A DNA stretch of 64,000 nt from Candidatus Bathyarchaeia archaeon (GCA_050010755.1 JBEKKK010000001.1:352001-416000); one strand, 5' to 3'; shown: positions 18,947 to 28,839, counted from the stretch's first letter. Numbers and translations are program-made. The notes: a model not told the origin generated them from the sequence alone.

Positions 18947-20031
18947 TGAAGAGAGTCTTTGTCTCGGACTGTGAAGGGCCGATTTCGAAGAATGACAACG
19001 CGTTCGAGTTAACTTCTCATTTCGTTCCTAACGGGGACAAGCTGTTCACGGTTGTGAGCAGGTATGACGACGTGTTGGCAGAGGTTGTTAGGAAACCAGG
19101 ATATGAAGCCGGTGGCACGATTAAGCTGATTCTGCCTTTTCTCAAGGCCTACGGCGTCACCGACCAGAAAATGAGGGAATTCTCGGCCGAACACTTGGTT
19201 TGCATCGCGGGCATTGGGAACACGCTTCAGCATGTTAGGGGTTTGGCCCCTGCGTTCATAGTCAGCGCAAGTTATGAGCACTATCTGAGAAGCCTATGCG
19301 AAGTTTTGGAATTTCCCTTCGAGAACGCCTATTGTACACGGGTATGCTTGGACAAGTACGGCATTGGCGCGAATGAGAAACAGAGGTTGAAGCAGATTGT
19401 GAGGGAGATCGCGAAGATGCCCGTGTTCGACATCCCTTCAGAATACGAGTCGCTGGATGACCTGGCAGAAAAGGAACAGGAAACGGTGAGGCGGCTTGAC
19501 GAGATTTTCTGGAAAGAAATTGCTGTTGAAATGGAAATTGGCACGGTCTATTGTGAAGTTAAACCAGTGGGGGGAGGCCAGAAAGCTGAAGCGATCGAAA
19601 ACATAGCGGGGAGGCTGAACGTTGCAGTGACGGATGTCATGTACGTAGGTGACAGCATAACGGATGACGAGGCTTTCAAGCTGGTGGAGAGAAAGGGCGG
19701 CTTGACGGTGTCTTTCAATGGCAACCAGTACGCAGTTAGAAACGCGGAGATTGCAGTTCTTTCTGAAAACAGCGTCGTGACAGCTGTGATTGCTGACGCG
19801 TTTCTTAGGCTTGGAAAAACTGAAGCCTTACGCTTGGTGAAGAACTGGAACAAGAAAGCGCTGGAGAAAAGCGGGATAAGTCAGTCTTTGATTAAGCGGC
19901 TTTTCAAGTTGTATCCGAGGAAGCTACCTGAAGCCGTCATAGTTACCGAAGAAAATGTTGGGACTCTGGCAAAAAAGAGCAGCAGGTTCAGAAACAAAGT
20001 CAGGGGAGAGGCCGTAGGAAGGTTGGGCTGA
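18943..20031 (+). CDS. HAD-superfamily hydrolase, EhaR/COG4030-like
   Basis: FVSDCEGPISKNDNAFEL, IVSASY, GGGQKA, YVGDSITD, SFNGNQYA; ATGA overlap with purD. Confidence 0.75.
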   Translation: MMKRVFVSDCEGPISKNDNAFELTSHFVPNGDKLFTVVSRYDDVLAEVVRKPGYEAGGTIKLILPFLKAYGVTDQKMREFSAEHLVCIAGIGNTLQHVRGLAPAFIVSASYEHYLRSLCEVLEFPFENAYCTRVCLDKYGIGANEKQRLKQIVREIAKMPVFDIPSEYESLDDLAEKEQETVRRLDEIFWKEIAVEMEIGTVYCEVKPVGGGQKAEAIENIAGRLNVAVTDVMYVGDSITDDEAFKLVERKGGLTVSFNGNQYAVRNAEIAVLSENSVVTAVIADAFLRLGKTEALRLVKNWNKKALEKSGISQSLIKRLFKLYPRKLPEAVIVTEENVGTLAKKSSRFRNKVRGEAVGRLG

Positions 20032-20123
20032 AACTCGCCCCTCATCTCGACGCGTACGCTAGTGCACGCGCAATGTTTCATTAAAATGAATTGCGGTTTT
20101 ATCCACTGGCAAAATCCCGTGTT

Positions 20124-20609
20124 CTAGGAGGTAGTCTGCGATTCTTTCTTTTCCGGTTGGTTTTGTGGTGTCGCGATTTCGTGGGTTTCTCCTGGAGGGA
20201 TGACCATGATTTGCGGTTCCGAGGGCTTGAGCTCTGGCTTTGTGGGTTCTTCGGGTTGTTTTTCGGTTTCTGTTTTCTGAGGTTCGAGTTGTTGTTCGTT
20301 TTCGGGTTTAGGAGTGACTGGCGTCGATGGTTCTGGGAGGTGTTCAATAATCGTGATGCCTCTTACCGTTAGAAGTGAGCCTATCCAGACCATGATCCCT
20401 AAGAACATTGAGTGGATGCATGCTCCAATTATGGAGGGAAGAGATTGACCGAGCGTCCGCAATAAATCTCCCGAACCGATAATGGAGAGACTTTGGGTCA
20501 GGAAGCCGTAGGCGCTTACGAAAGTGAATATCAACAAAGAGACTCCTATTACCAGAATCGTGACTCCCGAAAGGGCGATTTTGTCTCTGAGTTTTTTGAA
20601 CATGTTCAA
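20124..20609 (-). CDS. Membrane protein with Pro/Glu/Gln-rich C-terminal tail
   Basis: Two hydrophobic segments followed by a low-complexity PEPSTP...QPEEPTKPE tail. Confidence 0.65.
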   Translation of the reverse strand: MNMFKKLRDKIALSGVTILVIGVSLLIFTFVSAYGFLTQSLSIIGSGDLLRTLGQSLPSIIGACIHSMFLGIMVWIGSLLTVRGITIIEHLPEPSTPVTPKPENEQQLEPQKTETEKQPEEPTKPELKPSEPQIMVIPPGETHEIATPQNQPEKKESQTTS

Positions 20610-20779
20610 TTCCTATCTGTATTGAAAAGAATCAGGAATATTAAATATTATGACATTTGAAACTGAATCCTAGCTAAATATCGAAAGAATAAAACAGAAA
20701 CATCCAGCACATAGAAACTAGCGCGCGCCGCTTCTTGAGTCATTGACGGCTTAATCCGTTTCCATTCAGTTCGCGCCCG

Positions 20780-21499
20780 TCAACAATCATCGAGAATGCT
20801 CAAGAGTTCAGTTAGACTCTTGACAATCTTGTCTGGTTTGACCTCAGGGTGATTCTGCCCGGCTCTTCTTTCTATCAGGATGGTTTTCATGCCAACTTTT
20901 TTGGGGCCTATGATGTCTAGATCCAGCATGTCTCCGATGAAGACTGCTCTTGAAGCGCGCAGGCTCAAAGCATTTAAGGCCCTCTCAAAGATTTTGGGGC
21001 TGGGCTTTCTCACGTTAATCTCGCCGCTGATCAATATGATATCGAAGAACTTGCTCAGGCCGAAACGGTCTAAGAGTTGCCTGCCGCATTCGGGGATGCC
21101 GAAATTTGATATTAGGCCAAGCTTGTATTTTCCGTATAGTTTCTGCAGAACGTTATACGCATCGGGGTCTATGCTAACGTGATGCATGAATTCTTCGGCA
21201 AATGCCTCAGTTGCCTCTGACACGATGGGGCTGGATGCGGCAAGATTGAAACCGAGTTCCTGCAGCGTCTGGACAATCCGAACGTTGAAGTGGGGTTCCT
21301 CCAGACTCTGGCGAGACTCCGAATAATATTTGTCTCGAACCTCGAAGTAAGCGCGGCTGAAATCTTTGAATGTTACGTTGATTCCGTTATTGATCAAGGA
21401 TTCGTCAAGTTTCATCAAGCAACTTTCATAGTACACTTCTCCAGGTTCGAGCAGCAGCAAGGTGTCGAAAAGATCAAAAAACACAGCCTCGACCTGCAT
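20780..21499 (-). CDS. HAD-family hydrolase
   Basis: FFDLFDTLL, LISNF, RKPSPKIF, FIGDMLDLDIIG. Confidence 0.85.
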   Translation of the reverse strand: MQVEAVFFDLFDTLLLLEPGEVYYESCLMKLDESLINNGINVTFKDFSRAYFEVRDKYYSESRQSLEEPHFNVRIVQTLQELGFNLAASSPIVSEATEAFAEEFMHHVSIDPDAYNVLQKLYGKYKLGLISNFGIPECGRQLLDRFGLSKFFDIILISGEINVRKPSPKIFERALNALSLRASRAVFIGDMLDLDIIGPKKVGMKTILIERRAGQNHPEVKPDKIVKSLTELLSILDDC

Positions 21500-21716
21500 G
21501 TCCACCACCCTGAATCTCGTCTTGGAATGAAAAGATAAAAGGGTTTTTGCCCCGAAACAGCACGCGAGTATCAAAGATTCGAGATTTTAAACCGCGATTA
21601 TGCAAGCGGGGCGAACCAATCTACAAATTTCCTACCAAAGAGGACACGCGCTAGATGTAATCCATGAACATTATCATGAGTGTCTGCCTCTGCATACTCC
21701 CATTTTTCTCCTATTC

Positions 21717-22190
21717 TCAGACGTCCTCGGTTTTGCCCTGTTCCTTCCTGATATAATCAAGAACGGCGTTCCTAAATTCTTGCGTTAGTTTAGCTACTCC
21801 TGGTCTTGAATACTTAAAGAGGTCAACACTTCTACTTGCCTCTATTTCGCTTAGAACTTTGGATGCTCCAAACACATACATACTAACACGAGAAGGAGAG
21901 TTTCTCAGATACTGCATTATGTTCGATCTTTCAAAGAAGAGTTTCTTGAGGTTGTCAGTTTCCAAGGAAACGATGATTAGGGTGTACCGTTTTTTCCCTA
22001 GAATGTTCTGCGCCGATCCGACGTTTGTATCTCCCTTCTCACTTATCTTTTTTTGGTTGAAGAAAATAGAATCCTTTGAGAACACAAGCAAATCGATTTT
22101 TCCAACAAGCTCTTGGACAGACGTTCTTAGTCCAGTAATCTGTTCAAATGCAGGTGCTTCGGGATCATCTGTTATCATTAGAACTTTCAA
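21717..22190 (-). CDS. Hypothetical protein
   Basis: 157-aa ORF with protein-like composition; no motif recognised. Confidence 0.5.
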   Translation of the reverse strand: MKVLMITDDPEAPAFEQITGLRTSVQELVGKIDLLVFSKDSIFFNQKKISEKGDTNVGSAQNILGKKRYTLIIVSLETDNLKKLFFERSNIMQYLRNSPSRVSMYVFGASKVLSEIEASRSVDLFKYSRPGVAKLTQEFRNAVLDYIRKEQGKTEDV

Positions 22191-22362
22191 ATGACCACAT
22201 CCTGAACGTGTTTCTCTAACATGCTGGTTCTCTTGGTATGCAGACTATCCCGCGATATTTGATTAAAAGGTTTCTGGCAGTGTCATCTCGAAAATAGCAT
22301 AGCGCGCGCCGGTAGCAAATGATTTATACACTTAGTGCCTAATGGTTTTGTGGGTGTTTCGA

Positions 22363-22605
22363 ATGGTTGAAGCTCTGATTCTTGTACGTGTAGGCTCAGG
22401 TGAAACGGCAAATTTCATGAAAACCGTCAAAGAACACTTGTGCAAGATTAAAGGCGTCAACGAGGTCTTCGGTGTTTTCGGCCGTTACGACTTTGTTGCA
22501 AGGGTTCAGACGAAGACGCTCTCAGACTTGGGCAACATTGTCACTGACTGCATAAGGGGAACTATCGGAGTAGTAGCGACAGAAACGCTCGTAATCGGCT
22601 TCTGA
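22363..22605 (+). CDS. Stand-alone Lrp/AsnC ligand-binding (RAM) domain protein
   Basis: IKGVNEVFGVFGRYDFVARV...IR...GVVATETL. Confidence 0.85.
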   Translation: MVEALILVRVGSGETANFMKTVKEHLCKIKGVNEVFGVFGRYDFVARVQTKTLSDLGNIVTDCIRGTIGVVATETLVIGF

Positions 22606-22870
22606 AATCAACAACAGCACTTCCACTAACCATCTTCTTTGGTTTCGTTTCGCTTGGTTCCGTTTGATGGATTTTTGCTTCACACTCATTAACCCTTAGT
22701 TTGTCGTCTATTGCTGTGCAGATAAATACGTGCGCCGTCGTCTCGTCGTTTCTGTTTTTTTGGCGGTTGATATCTATCACTGCATCTATTCGGCGTATCT
22801 CTATATCTAAGGAGACAAGAGAGAACAAGCTTGCGCTTGATTTGGACCAGCACTGGACGCACGAACGAGT

Positions 22871-23959
22871 TCATTTCCTAGGAGGTTCTGGGCAACTATT
22901 TCGGCGGCGCATAAGAGAGACCCTGTTGCAGGCGCCGTAAACGCAGCGATTGAGAACCACACATTGAAAGCCTACGAAAGCGATTGATAGTTTGAACCAC
23001 ATAGATGCAAAACGGGTCAAAAGCGTCGCAACCGCGCTTAACTGGAACGGGACGCCTAACTCGGTGTAGAGCTGTATCATTACTACCTCCGTGAAGCCGA
23101 CAACTGCTACTCCCGATGTCTGTAGACTTACAGTCAACGCATACACTATCAGCGCCTTGTCCACGGGCACAGGAAAACGTATAGCCGAAAAGACAAGGAT
23201 AACCAGAAGGACATCAAAGACAGATGCTAAAGAGGAGAAAAAAGCAGCTTTTATCAAAACCCTAGGATTTCCACGTATGCTCTGAATACCTTCGTGAAAC
23301 GGGCCTAACGTCTTTTGCGCGCTTTCCCTAAAACGTGTCCGGTCCCAGTTTTTTCTTCGAACCAACGATATTAGCCGCGCTATCCAGCCTACCACCCTTT
23401 CAGTAGCTTTCGGCTTAATACTGAAATATACAAACGCTACAAACAGGGCAACCAAAAGAGAGATGCTGACGACAGATAGAATTAGAAACTCTGGTTGAAG
23501 ACCATAGTTTAAGGTCAGCAGAGTGAGCCCTGCAACCAAGGTCACCAGGACGATGGCTACGCCAAATAGTTTCTGAACGACGACCGACGCCACAGTCTTG
23601 CCGGTATCCAATCCAGAATCTTTGGAGATCAGGTAGGCTTTGAAAAAGTCGCCTGAAACGCCGCCCGGTATCACCTCGTCAACAAACAAGCCAACCCATG
23701 AAAACAGAAAGGTTCTCCACCTGCTGATTCTCAATTGAAGACCAGAAAGCAGGTTATTCCAACTCAATGAAAGGCAGAAGACACTTGCCAATACCGCAAC
23801 GAAACCCAACATGTAGTAAAATAGGTTTATGCTCTCGAATGTCATTATCAAATTACCGACGCCGACGAAGGAATAGAGATAGAAGGCCAACACTGCCAAA
23901 CCAGCAACCATCGAAAGCACAACCCATTTCCTGTTGGTTTGGTTTGGTGCCGAACTCAT
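22871..23959 (-). CDS. UPF0104 / lysylphosphatidylglycerol synthase TM-domain (flippase-like) protein
   Basis: Multi-TM; GLFVDEVIPGGVSGDFFKAY, ASVVVQK, GFTE..M, ATLLTR. Confidence 0.8.
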   Translation of the reverse strand: MSSAPNQTNRKWVVLSMVAGLAVLAFYLYSFVGVGNLIMTFESINLFYYMLGFVAVLASVFCLSLSWNNLLSGLQLRISRWRTFLFSWVGLFVDEVIPGGVSGDFFKAYLISKDSGLDTGKTVASVVVQKLFGVAIVLVTLVAGLTLLTLNYGLQPEFLILSVVSISLLVALFVAFVYFSIKPKATERVVGWIARLISLVRRKNWDRTRFRESAQKTLGPFHEGIQSIRGNPRVLIKAAFFSSLASVFDVLLVILVFSAIRFPVPVDKALIVYALTVSLQTSGVAVVGFTEVVMIQLYTELGVPFQLSAVATLLTRFASMWFKLSIAFVGFQCVVLNRCVYGACNRVSLMRRRNSCPEPPRK

Positions 23960-24070
23960 CAGTCAGCCAGCCTTTGCTAAATCATTCACAACGACAAAAC
24001 TATTTAAACAGAAACGCCAGGGCATCTTGAAGCGTGACGTCCGAACTAGTCGATTTCAGATTCGTTCTCG

Positions 24071-24373
24071 CTAATGCGCGGCTGTCATCAATTCACCTAG
24101 GACATTCTCTAATTGGTGGACAGTTAGGACGAAACGCACATTTATTTTATAGCAGAACCTTGCCGTTCTTTCTATTTTGACTTCATGCTTAATGATTAGA
24201 TTCCTCTGTTGCCATGATTTGAACTGCCTGTTCAAAAAATAGGCTGCAAAGAAGGGTATGAGTGGCTCCAAAACAAAAACGACTTTCAAAAGAACACGTA
24301 CCAACTGGCCGGTGAATGATCCGGTCTTTTCCCCTCTTCTGTGTGTGAAATACTGAAACCATCTTTCAACCAA
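24071..24373 (-). CDS. Hypothetical protein
   Basis: 100-aa ORF with one hydrophobic stretch. Confidence 0.45.
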   Translation of the reverse strand: MVERWFQYFTHRRGEKTGSFTGQLVRVLLKVVFVLEPLIPFFAAYFLNRQFKSWQQRNLIIKHEVKIERTARFCYKINVRFVLTVHQLENVLGELMTAAH

Positions 24374-24526
24374 TCTGTAGGCCTCAGGTCGAGCTAGACG
24401 CCTTCATCATCCGCGCATGGATAGAAAATCAAGAAGAAATGAGGACGCCTTTTTTGAGAATCCTAGTTTTCAGTTTCGCCTTCACTAGTTCTTTCCAGAG
24501 ATGATCCGTTGCTTCATTTGTTGGAG

Positions 24527-24736
24527 CTATTTCTTGGCTTTTGGCTTTATGAGTACCTTCACTGAGACGTCAACGGTAATCCCTTCTTCGTGGCTTTCCA
24601 CTGCAAATCGCCAATCTTTCACTTCCGCGTGTAAGTCTTTCAACTGACCAACCACTGAGTCTTTGAACCCGGTTATCGCATCCCTAATCCTCTCCATTCT
24701 CTCAGGTGTAACCTCGACTTTTTCTGCCGTTTTCAA
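24527..24736 (-). CDS. Small hypothetical protein (69 aa)
   Basis: Strong GGAGGTGA RBS before TTG; helix followed by a beta-hairpin pattern. Confidence 0.65.
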   Translation of the reverse strand: MKTAEKVEVTPERMERIRDAITGFKDSVVGQLKDLHAEVKDWRFAVESHEEGITVDVSVKVLIKPKAKK

Positions 24737-25161
24737 TCACCTCCCGATAAGAAACTGCATTTCACGATAACAAGTGACAATAAGCTTTTTTATGTTTTGC
24801 TGCTGCAGGTCAACAGTCACACCTCGGATTCCCTTGGTACACAACGCAACGGTCAGCGCAAGTTCATTTCCAGCAGGCTCAATGCACGCGCTGTTAATCT
24901 TTATTGGCTGGTCCCAAGGGATTAGACCCCAAATGGGGACAATTCCAACTCTCAAGTTCCCCAGTGCTCCCGCGACCGCACGACACTAACGAATCGCCTA
25001 GCAAATCCTATTTAACTATCGTTGATCGGTAGAGCTCACCCGAGCGCTACACGTGCGTTCGGCGGCAAAGTCTGTCCCCACACGCGATGCTAATAAACGA
25101 AATATGAATTGTAAGAAAATAGGGATGCTTGTTTTTGCTCATGGCTCTTAGCCCGCGCCCC

Positions 25162-25509
25162 TCAAACTGACTGCTGAGGTTCAAGTAGAATATCCTTCCC
25201 TTCAACTTTCACCACGTATGCAGCTTCATCTTTGATCTTTGGGTGCATGAAAAGAATCTTTGGACCAGAAACAACTTTGCCGGTTGTGATGTCAAATTTT
25301 GCCCTATGCTTTGGACAGGTCACCGTATTTCCCTCCAACACTCCTTTAGAAAGGTCGCCGCTCATGTGTGTGCAAATGTTTCCGATGGCGTGATAGACGC
25401 CGTTTACGTTGGCTATCAAAACTTCTTTTTCAGCAAGCTTTACGACCTTCATTTGTCCCAGCGGGATCTCAGAAGTTTCAGCAACTTTCACAAGAGTCAA
25501 TTTTTCCAC
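25162..25509 (-). CDS. Rieske [2Fe-2S] ferredoxin
   Basis: CTH...CPKH motifs, FDITTG; GGAGG RBS. Confidence 0.88.
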   Translation of the reverse strand: MEKLTLVKVAETSEIPLGQMKVVKLAEKEVLIANVNGVYHAIGNICTHMSGDLSKGVLEGNTVTCPKHRAKFDITTGKVVSGPKILFMHPKIKDEAAYVVKVEGKDILLEPQQSV

Positions 25510-25549
25510 CTCCGTTATTCATATTTTTTTTCTCCAATTCTAATCACGA

Positions 25550-26181
25550 TTAATTGCTGATCGCGGGTGCTTGTCGCAAATACTTCGTGTCTTGTACTTG
25601 TTTTAGCAGGAACTCGGCCAAGTCTGCACGCGAAATCCATGTGCCCACTTCGCCCTTTCCGACATAGCCAGCCTTGACTTTTCCGGATTTGGGATTATTG
25701 TTTAGCATCGTTAGGCGCAGATAGTCCAATCGAGGTCGGAGTTGCGCACGGTTTCAGCGGTGCTAACTATGTCTTTGTATGCATCGTGCATCGTGACCTT
25801 GACAATGTTGACCATAGCCCTGGTTCTGAAGTTCAATGGGTCGTTGGGATCCTTACCGCTCAAGGTTGACGTGATGACCAGTCTGTGTACGTTTTGTTTC
25901 TTCATCGCCGCAATTATGTTTTGCATGCCTTGAGTGATTGGTTTATTCTTTGAACCGCCCCTTGGACCCAGAGTGCTGATTACTGCGTCTGCACCGGTCA
26001 CCGCACTCTCAATCAATGGTTCATTGGCCAATTCGCCTTGAATGACCTTCAAACGTTCGCTGCTGATGCCAAGTTTGACTGGATTACGAACATATGTCAC
26101 TACTTCGTGTCCTGCTGCAAGAGCTTGTTCGACAAGTTGCCTGCCTGTTTCGCCAGTTGCTCCAAAAATAGCGATTTTCAT
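25550..26181 (-). pseudogene. NAD(P)H-binding flavin/biliverdin-reductase-like gene with a 1-nt frameshift
   Basis: MKIAIFGATGETG; after LDWTI (25720/25719) the shifted frame reads (V)RLTMLNNNPKSGKVKAG...ISRADLAEFLLKQVQDTKYLRQAPAISN-stop at 25550, the expected family C-terminus. Confidence 0.8.
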
Positions 26182-26196
26182 TTCATCACCAAAACG

Positions 26197-26607
26197 CTAA
26201 ACTCTTGCCAAGACCTGGCTACCCTCTACTCTCACCGTATACGTGAGTTGATCATAGGTTCTGATAACTTTTTGCAATTCTCTCTGACGCTGTAACACCT
26301 GTGATATGGTCCTCTGGACTTCTTCGGGGCACTTTTCAAACATGTTTGCGCCGCCTGCCATTTCCACTGGTCTGGAAACCATTTTCCCCGTAATGACATC
26401 AAATCTTGAGAAGTGTTGAGGACAAGTCACGATGTTTTTGTCCAAAGTGCCCATAGAAAGCCTCGCGTTCATGTGACCGCATCGGTCACTTATTGCGTAG
26501 ATTTTCCCATTTACGTTTACGAGCATTATCTCTTTTCCATTCACTTCAACGTGCTTCATTTTGCCCAAAGGAATATCCGAAGTTTCAGCGACTTTAACAA
26601 AACTCAA
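26197..26607 (-). CDS. Rieske [2Fe-2S] ferredoxin with a helical insertion
   Basis: CGH...CPQH motifs, FDVITG. Confidence 0.88.
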   Translation of the reverse strand: MSFVKVAETSDIPLGKMKHVEVNGKEIMLVNVNGKIYAISDRCGHMNARLSMGTLDKNIVTCPQHFSRFDVITGKMVSRPVEMAGGANMFEKCPEEVQRTISQVLQRQRELQKVIRTYDQLTYTVRVEGSQVLARV

Positions 26608-26860
26608 ATTTCACGCCAGCTTATTTTCAATTGATGACATTAAGATTAAGGGAAACATAAAAGTTACTCATCGCGAGTGCAGCGTCAGCCTTCTGTGAAT
26701 GAAACGCCGCCGATGGGACTTGGACTTATGAACACGCGCACTTCGCTACTTTCGCGAGAGGATTTGAGAATGATGTTATTTGAGCTTAAAGCGTGAGATT
26801 ACAGTCCTTAAATCTCGGAAGCCTGATAAATTGCAAAGATAGAACAAAGGATACAGGGTA

Positions 26861-27424
26861 TTGAGCACGGAACAGAGCAATGAGCTCAAAGTCGGCGATA
26901 GCGCCCCAGATTTTACACTTCCGGATCAGTCCGGTGCGATGGTGAGCCTAAGACAGTTCGTCGGCAACAATATCATAATGCTTTACTTCTATCCGAAAGA
27001 CTTCAGTCGAGGGTGCTCTGCAGAAGCCTGCGCGTTTAGGGACAGCTACGAAGTGTTTGAGCAAGCGGGCGCACAGGTTCTGGGTATAAGTTCTCAGTCG
27101 GTTGATTCGCACAACAGGTTTGCTATGATGAATAAGCTTCCGTTCATCCTATTGAGCGATTAGGATGGAAGAGTGAGAAAGCTCTACGGTGTGCCTTCGA
27201 CTTTAGGATTCCTACCTGGAAGAGTCACATACGTTATCGACAAGAAGGGCATGGTCAGACACATATTCTCTTCTCAGTCGCAACCTACAAAACACATAGA
27301 AGAAGCCCTCAAAATCGTGAAGGATCTCAGCCAAGAATGGAATTCGAATGGCAACGTGGAAGAGGCTCTACACTTCATGTTACCCCGACTTGGTCCCGCC
27401 AACCTTAAGAGAAATAAGAGATAA
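26861..27424 (+). pseudogene. bcp: BCP/PrxQ peroxiredoxin interrupted by an in-frame TAG (27161-27163)
   Basis: VGDSAPDFTLPDQ, YFYPKDFSRGCSAEAC.FRD, then LLSD-TAG-DGRVRKLYGV..GRVTYVIDK in the same frame. Confidence 0.8.
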
Positions 27425-27624
27425 TACGAGAAAATGTGTTTATCTTTTTCGTGCGCTATAATTTGTTTTGGTTTATGGCGGGCCTATGAGCGAAGAGAAG
27501 AAAACATCTCAAGACGCTTTGTTCAAAGAGGCTACTCTCGACGCATTATCATAGTGTAAAGAAAGAGAAAGAGGTCGGTAATTGAATAACCTGGCTCGCA
27601 GGTACTATTCAAATTCTTGATTAG

Positions 27625-27695
27625 AGGGTGTACCGTGCACGAGAATTACTTTGCAAATTAAGGGGGAAAGGAACCCTTTGTGCACGATACACCCT
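27625..27695. repeat. 16-bp inverted repeat (15/16 match) bounding a 71-bp element
   Basis: AGGGTGTACCGTGCAC (27625-27640) versus GTGCACGATACACCCT (27680-27695). Confidence 0.7.
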
Positions 27696-27900
27696 AAAAG
27701 TATTAAATGATACAACCAATTTAAGCCTTGTCAACACAAAATCTTTATGAAGCTCTCAAATATCGGCGGGATAGCGAAAACTTGTTTCCTTTTACCATGG
27801 AAATAGAGTACAGCGTGTTGAGTGTCGGGTTTGTTACGTTTGTCCATTGAGTCCCTTCTGGGAACCGCTGATCTTAAATATTTTGCTCATTCCCAAGGTT

Positions 27901-28839
27901 TCAGTGCACGATGCGCGTGCCAGTCTCCCCTTGCAGGGCGCGTTCGAGATTTTCTGGGTTGGTTATGAGGGCTTCTTTTCCGCCGTGTTCCAGATAGCTT
28001 GTTATCGCTTCGATTTTTGGGCCCATGCTGCCTGGGGGGAAATGCCCCTGTTCATGGTATTTCTTCGCTTCCGCCAGTGTCATTTTGTCCAGTGATTTCT
28101 GATTCGGCTTTCCGAAGTTGAGAGCCACTTTTTCCACGGCAGTAGATATCAGAAAGAGGTCGGCCTTGATGCCTATGGCGAGGAGCGCCGAAGCATAGTC
28201 TTTGTCGATTACTGCTTCCGCCCCTTTGAGCCTGCCATCCTGTTCAATGACTGGGATGCCTCCGCCTCCGACGGCGATGACTATTATTCCTTTGTTGACT
28301 AGGGATTTGATGACGTCCTGCTCGATAATCTTGACAGGCATCGGAGAGGGTACCACACGGCGCCAACCGCGGCCTGCGTCTTCCATCACATCCCACCCTC
28401 TTTCTTTTCTGTACTTTTCTGCTTTTTCTTTGTCATAGAAGGGGCCGATGGGTTTGGTGGGGTTCTGGAAGGCGGGATCATTCTTCTCGACTAATGTCTG
28501 AGTCACGACTGACGCAACGCTCTTTTTGATTCCTCTTTGTTTGAATTCGTTGTACAGGCACTGTTGTATCATGTATCCTAGGGCTCCCTGAGTGTCAGCT
28601 CCACAAGAATCAAGCGGAACCGTGTGGAGAACGTTGCTTGCCAGTTCTGAACGTAAAAGGATAAAGCCCACTTGAGGGCCGTTTCCATGAGTTATAGCCA
28701 CTTTCCACCCTTGTTCTATCATGCCGGCTATATGCGTGCACGTTTCACGAGTTGCGTCAAATTGATCAGGCACAGTCTGATGGTTCTTATCCTTAATTAG
28801 AGAATTTCCACCGATGGCCACGACCGCCACATTTCCCAT
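27901..28839 (-). CDS. arcC: Carbamate kinase
   Basis: VAIGGNSL, THGNGPQVG, NPTKPIGPFY, EDAGRGWRRVVPSP, AVIDKD, GSMGPK. Confidence 0.95.
   Translation of the reverse strand: MGNVAVVAIGGNSLIKDKNHQTVPDQFDATRETCTHIAGMIEQGWKVAITHGNGPQVGFILLRSELASNVLHTVPLDSCGADTQGALGYMIQQCLYNEFKQRGIKKSVASVVTQTLVEKNDPAFQNPTKPIGPFYDKEKAEKYRKERGWDVMEDAGRGWRRVVPSPMPVKIIEQDVIKSLVNKGIIVIAVGGGGIPVIEQDGRLKGAEAVIDKDYASALLAIGIKADLFLISTAVEKVALNFGKPNQKSLDKMTLAEAKKYHEQGHFPPGSMGPKIEAITSYLEHGGKEALITNPENLERALQGETGTRIVH

Noticed and set aside
24940-24975. Cobalamin riboswitch, suggested by GCACTGGGGAA on the minus strand
   Set aside because: Other core elements, including the B12 box, were not found; kept only as an unclassified structured leader
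27486-27554. 22-aa ORF MSEEKKTSQDALFKEATLDALS
   Set aside because: Too short to support; possibly a gene remnant in the decaying island
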